From the NCBI RefSeq assembly GCF_009914755.1, contig NC_060942.1: 64,000 nt of DNA. The stretch is one strand, 5' to 3'. This stretch comes from the human T2T-CHM13v2.0 reference genome, Homo sapiens. Positions 58,854-64,000 of the stretch are shown here, one piece after another. Numbering within the stretch: position 1 is the stretch's first letter; every line of letters starts with the position of its first letter. The notes beneath the pieces were generated by a model. It did no database searches. It was not told where the DNA came from and saw only the letters and a program-made list of their open reading frames with translations. Position numbers and translations under genes: made by a program.

Positions 58854-61699
58854 CTGCAAAGCAGAAGAGATGAAATAGAATCCATTCTCAGGAGGGTAGA
58901 AAGAACCAAGAACACACTTACTGAGTTCTCCTTCACAAAGATCACTGTAGAGCTATTAGTTCCATACTTTCATAACAAGTGTAGATGATAATATTTAAAA
59001 ATATGCTTGCCATGTGAAGATGCAAGACAAATGCCCAGCTGCTTTATAAGGAAAATAATGTTAATGTAGGCAGTATTCATTGTGGTAAAAATACATTTCT
59101 TTACAGGAGGATAACTGCTATAAATATTTCAGTTTATCAACTGGATTTATTTATTCTAATCTCCTTTAATATAACTGTCCTCTCTTAACTCTGGTGCCTT
59201 CAGAATAATTTTTATATTGACATTTTCACTTTGCTGATGAGGTTTTATCTAATACCTTAGGGAAACTAGAGTTATGATGGAAAGCAAGTATGTGCCCATA
59301 TACCAGAAGCATCACTTCACAAAACAATCATCACTGACATCCTCAAAAATCTGCAGGATGAGCTTAAAGACCCATATCATACTTAGAGATGAGTACGTAG
59401 GTTGAAACAGGGATATAATACGGCCCAGGGCATTTTCAGGTGAGTGTGTTTTCTGGTCTTCTCCCCCAACAGAGCAAAAGGCTGACTTGACTCACTATTC
59501 AATCGCAAAGCCATTCATCTGGAACAGATCATAATTATGTTCCAAAAATAATTTTCTGGAATATCATGAGGCTTGAGAGTGAAACTTGGATGAGGATAGT
59601 TTTTGGGTAAGAATTTGAACTGTTCCCAGTTAGAGGTGTAACAACCAAACTCAGTGCCACATTTCCAAGCAAGGCAGTCTAACCAAACAGTAAAATCGTT
59701 TCCATGGATGATAAAAGAAAACAAAACAAAAAATAGTGCTTTGTGAAACCTGAGGTTTCAAATGTATAACTATAACTACCTGCACTCTTGCTTTTTCAAA
59801 AATTTCCATCATGTGGTCTCTTTGAGGAATTATAACTTAAAAGAAATGCACTCTAGATAAATTCTTCAACTATGGTTTAATTCTTTAATTCTTAAGCCTG
59901 TGGCTTCCTAGCCATATGTTCCATTGTTCTACCTCTTGGCCAACCACAGTGCATGTGCCGGAGGATAGAGACTCTAGAGCTAGACTACTAGGGTTCAAAT
60001 CCCAGGTCCCCAACATACTAGCTGTGTGAACTTGGAAAACTCACCTAACCTCTCTGTGTGCCCTTTCCTTCAGCTATAAAACAGGGATAACCATAAAACC
60101 TCTCTGGGAGGGCTGCCCCAGGCAGTTCTTAGAACAGTGCCTGGCACACAACAGATGTTTTCTCTCATTATTCTGCAGTGTTCGGAGGTCCTCGATGGGC
60201 CGGTCTTCATTTCTGCCTATGAAAAGCTGAGCCTCAAAGATTAAAGTACCTTGTTCAAGGACACACCCCAAGAAATCACAAAGCCAGGTTTCAAACAAAA
60301 CTCCAGAAATTTGTCTTGGTCCTCAGTGCATGGCCCTTCCCTCTCCAGAGCCCGTGAGCCCTCCTCTCCCAAAAACATGGGGGCTTTCTCCCTTCCCAGA
60401 GCCTGTGAGCCCTCCTCTCTCAAGAACGCGGGGGCTCTGCTACTGGGTTCTCTCCCCCAACAGGGCCTGCTGGAGTGAGGTGGCCACGAAGAGGGGGACC
60501 TCAAATGAAATGATGACTGAACATGACCGAAGGCTTGTCCCCATGTCAGTCACTTCCCTGAACTTCTCCCAGAGCCCCTGCCAGTTTCCAGACTATGACC
60601 AGAGGCACATGTGCCTCAACAGTCGGCCCAGGTGCCTGTTCCCCAAGTGGGTCTCTGCCTTGGTAAGGGCCCAGGACAAATGAAAGCTCGGTTCATCACA
60701 GCACTTTGTGGACAGCTCTGTTCCAGCCTTGGAAATGCCACCATCACCCGCAGGTTCAAGTGGGAGCCTGGAATTAGGAGAGCGTCCGCCCTCCCCAGCG
60801 CTCAGCCCCGTGAGTCTGGAAGAATCACCAGACCTCCCTGATTCTCCGAGGGCTCCCTCATGAGATGTGGATAATCCGGAGCTGACCTACTAGCATGCCC
60901 TGCTGCCGTCATGCGAGGGCATGAGATAACCCTGGCCCGGGCTTGGGATGCTGCTTCTCCAACTCTGGCCCCTTGCCACAGCCCATGCATTTTCTGCTTT
61001 CTATACAGGCATTTTCCCCTACGCCATGAGATGTCTGAGGACATAAATGTGTGATGTATGTGGACATGGCCGGTACCTAGCAGAGGGCCCGGAACGCAGG
61101 TGACTGACTCGTGTCAAAGGCCAGCCACGTAGCCAGCACTCTCTCACAATGTCCACTCGTAAATAATACAAGGATTATGCCTGTTAATTAAATAAAGGGT
61201 CTTTCCATATTGATTTTGATGAGGACTGTTAGAATCAGTGGTTAATTCTGCAGCATCCTTTGAGAATATAACAGACTGCTCATAATTACAGAGTGACCCC
61301 ATGTACAAGTGTAATAATATATTCAAGGAGGAATAAAAAAGTTTCAATTCATTTACTTGGTAATATAAATCACGTTTAAGAGTAAACAGTCAAAAATTTT
61401 TTAAAAATTTAGAGGACATCGATGGGCTACACTAATGATTTAATAATGGCAAATTATACACAAACAGAAAGGGACAAGGAATTATAATCTAAGTCTGCTA
61501 AAATGGATTGTTACTAGAATTAGGGTATTAACTCTTTGAACTAAAGTTCTTGTCTAACAGGAGAAGGGGTGCAGTGGGGGATGTTACCTAAAATGAAGAC
61601 GGTTCAATCAATTTACAAACAGACGTAAAGTGCCAGTCTGTGCCTATATCAGCACTTCACAAAATATGTTTTACGAGGCAGATGCAACTCCAGATGCAC

Positions 61700-61878
61700 T
61701 TTTTTTTTTTTGAGACAGGATCTCACTCTGTCACCCAGGCAGAAGTGCAGGGGCTCAAGTGCTCCTCCTACCTCAGCCTCCGGAGTAGCTGGGACTACAG
61801 GCGCACGCCACCATGCCTGGCTAATCTTTTTCAATCCACCTGCCTTGGCCTCCCAAAGTGCTGGGATTACAGGCGTGA
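61700..61878 (-). mobile_element. Internally deleted Alu
   Basis: Antisense Alu segments with gaps. Confidence 0.85.
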
Positions 61879-63183
61879 CCCTCACCCAGAGGTACCTTTT
61901 CAGAAAGGGTTCAAGCTCAAGTGAGTTTGGGAAATGCTGCAACTCTAGCCTCTCCCCAGGACAGGGTTACCATGCATGTCAGCATATTAATGCTAATTAA
62001 AGGCTCCGATGGCCTCGCAGCCAAGAAACATGCTTATTTTTTTAACTCAGTGTTTCCCAAACATTTATGATCAGTACACAATACCTATTAATACCCTACA
62101 CCAAACTAGCATTCTTTACAAACACGTATTTTTGGAAATGTTGGCCAATATAACAGTGGATTTGTTCAGTCCCCAGAAAAACATATTTAATCAGACCCTA
62201 GTTTGGTTGAGCTGATGAGTCAATGTGGTTCTACTACTCAGCTGGGTGGCCAGCCCTCCGTCAAAAAGCCAGTCTCGAGTTGGCAGGAGGGCAGCATCTT
62301 TGACCCAAAGGTCCAGGGTGTGTGGAAATCCGGAGGCAGGCCAGGTATTTCAAGGGGAACAAAACATGTGACCACCTAAAAAGCTGACTTCCTCATCCCA
62401 ACAAAAAAAGAAGAGCCGGAAATCATTCAATTCATTCAGTGCTGTAGCTTGACGTCAATGATTTCAAAATACCTCTGGAAATGACTGATGAAAATAGAGG
62501 ATATGGTCACAGGTAAAGTAGGGGGACTTTTTCATACTAGAAATGTTTAATTTCTGTTAACCATTTTTCTTTCTAACAGTGAGGTTAATGATCTGGGGTC
62601 AGTGGAGGGGATAGAGTCTAGGGGTCGGGGTGTTTTTCATGTTAGAATTACTAAATTGCTGGAAGAGTTCCTTGCTGGAAACACAGAATAAGGAAAAAGT
62701 GGCGGATCAGAGAGCCTGAATTCAGATGCTCTTTCCACTGAAGTTCCAGAGCAGGGTGTGTCATTACCTCACGAGGCAACAGCATTTTTTATCATAGCTG
62801 CCAATTACAAAGCCATGCTTTTTCACACGTTTATTGTCAAAAAAAAATCCTGTGACATTTATCTACAAAGCAAAGCCACATCACTGTAGGAGACCAGTGG
62901 TGAAGACTGGTAAAGTGTTTCCAGTTTATAAAGCATTTTCACACGCATCATGTTGTGTGTTCATCACTGTGATTTATAGAGGTGGGTAAGACAAGAACGA
63001 TGATCATTTTTCTTTTCTGGAAAAAGAAACCAAACCTCAGTGAGGTGAAGAGACTTATTATCCAAAGTCAGGGAAGAAAATTTTGGTGGGGGACCTGGGC
63101 CAGAAGCCTGAGAAACTCAAGACTCCAAACCCTATATTCTTTTTCAATCTTAAGGCTACAATCACCAAACCTCTGGTCCTAAC

Positions 63184-63465
63184 TTTTTTTTTTTTTTGAG
63201 ATGGAGTTTCGCTCTGTCACCCATGCTGGAGTGCAGTGGCATGATCTTGGCTCTGCCTCCCGGGTTCAAGCAATTCTCCTGTCTCAGCCTCCTGAGTAGC
63301 TGGGACTACATGCATGTGCCACCATGCCCAGATAATTTTTGTATTTTTAATAGAGACGGAGTTTCACCATATTGATCAGGCTGGTATCGAACTCCTAACC
63401 TCAGGTGATCCGCCCGCCTCGGCCTCCCAAAGTGCTGGGATTACAGGCGTGAGCCACCATGACCG
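63184..63465 (-). mobile_element. Alu
   Basis: Antisense Alu; TSD ctggtcctaactttt. Confidence 0.95.
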
Positions 63466-64000
63466 CCTGGTCCTAACTTTTTAAACAAGCGAAGGAAGGG
63501 GAAAAGAGAAGGCTTAAACTACAGACCTGACAATGACAAAATGAAAAATTCACCCGTGAGTTTCTAAATGTGCTGTGAGTTGCTTTAACTGATCTTGTCA
63601 CTGGATAATTGCAGATATCCATCTGGACAGAGCAGCCCATTAGACAAGAGAAATTATATCAGATGTTACATTTCTCTAACGGAAAAAAGCAATTTATGTC
63701 TTAATTACTAAAGTGATGGAAAACAGGTTTTATATACTTAAGGAGTTGCAGTTATTTTGTTATAAAATAATGGGTTGGGGGGGAAGATGTTGCACTTGGT
63801 AAGGTTAAGTCATTGAATGCCTTTATATCAATATATGCAGAAACATACTCATTTTTCTCTATTTCCTAATGCATTTTATTTCTGGAATTATAGAACTTGG
63901 TTCGGAATTGGAAAGTACTTAGCTGTAAAAACTGACCACACGTGAAAAAATTCTTATCCTTGGAGATATTTTCAAAATAAAAATGTACAGTGATTTATAA

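Noticed and set aside
58854-64000. Additional LAMA1 exon or hidden gene in the last 5 kb
   Set aside because: No laminin-like translation with splice signals was found; it looks like ordinary intron with MIR/Alu relics.

Overview
Human genomic DNA, recognisable as chr18p11.31. It contains the last two coding exons and long 3' UTR of ARHGAP28 (+, to ~8.26 kb). An intergenic block (~8.3-34 kb) carries the minus-strand lncRNA LINC00668 with its CpG/TATA promoter, a processed SCML2 pseudogene and a U6 pseudogene. The last 15 exons of LAMA1 (-, LG-domain region, 34.4-58.9 kb) follow. The background is rich in Alu, L1, L2, LTR and DNA-transposon relics and includes a 39-bp VNTR. The main unexpected signal is at ~10.4-17.7 kb. 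Two head-to-tail, diverged, heavily degraded plus-strand coding relics translate (by hand, across frameshifts, stops and nested repeats) into motifs that follow foamy virus (spumaretrovirus) Env in the correct order, from the leader/SU start through the SU/TM cleavage site to the membrane anchor. I saw no gag, pol or cognate LTRs. The Env comparison is a manual alignment against the prototype foamy virus (PFV) Env sequence as I recall it and needs confirmation by profile search. Repeat-family names and boundaries are by eye and approximate.
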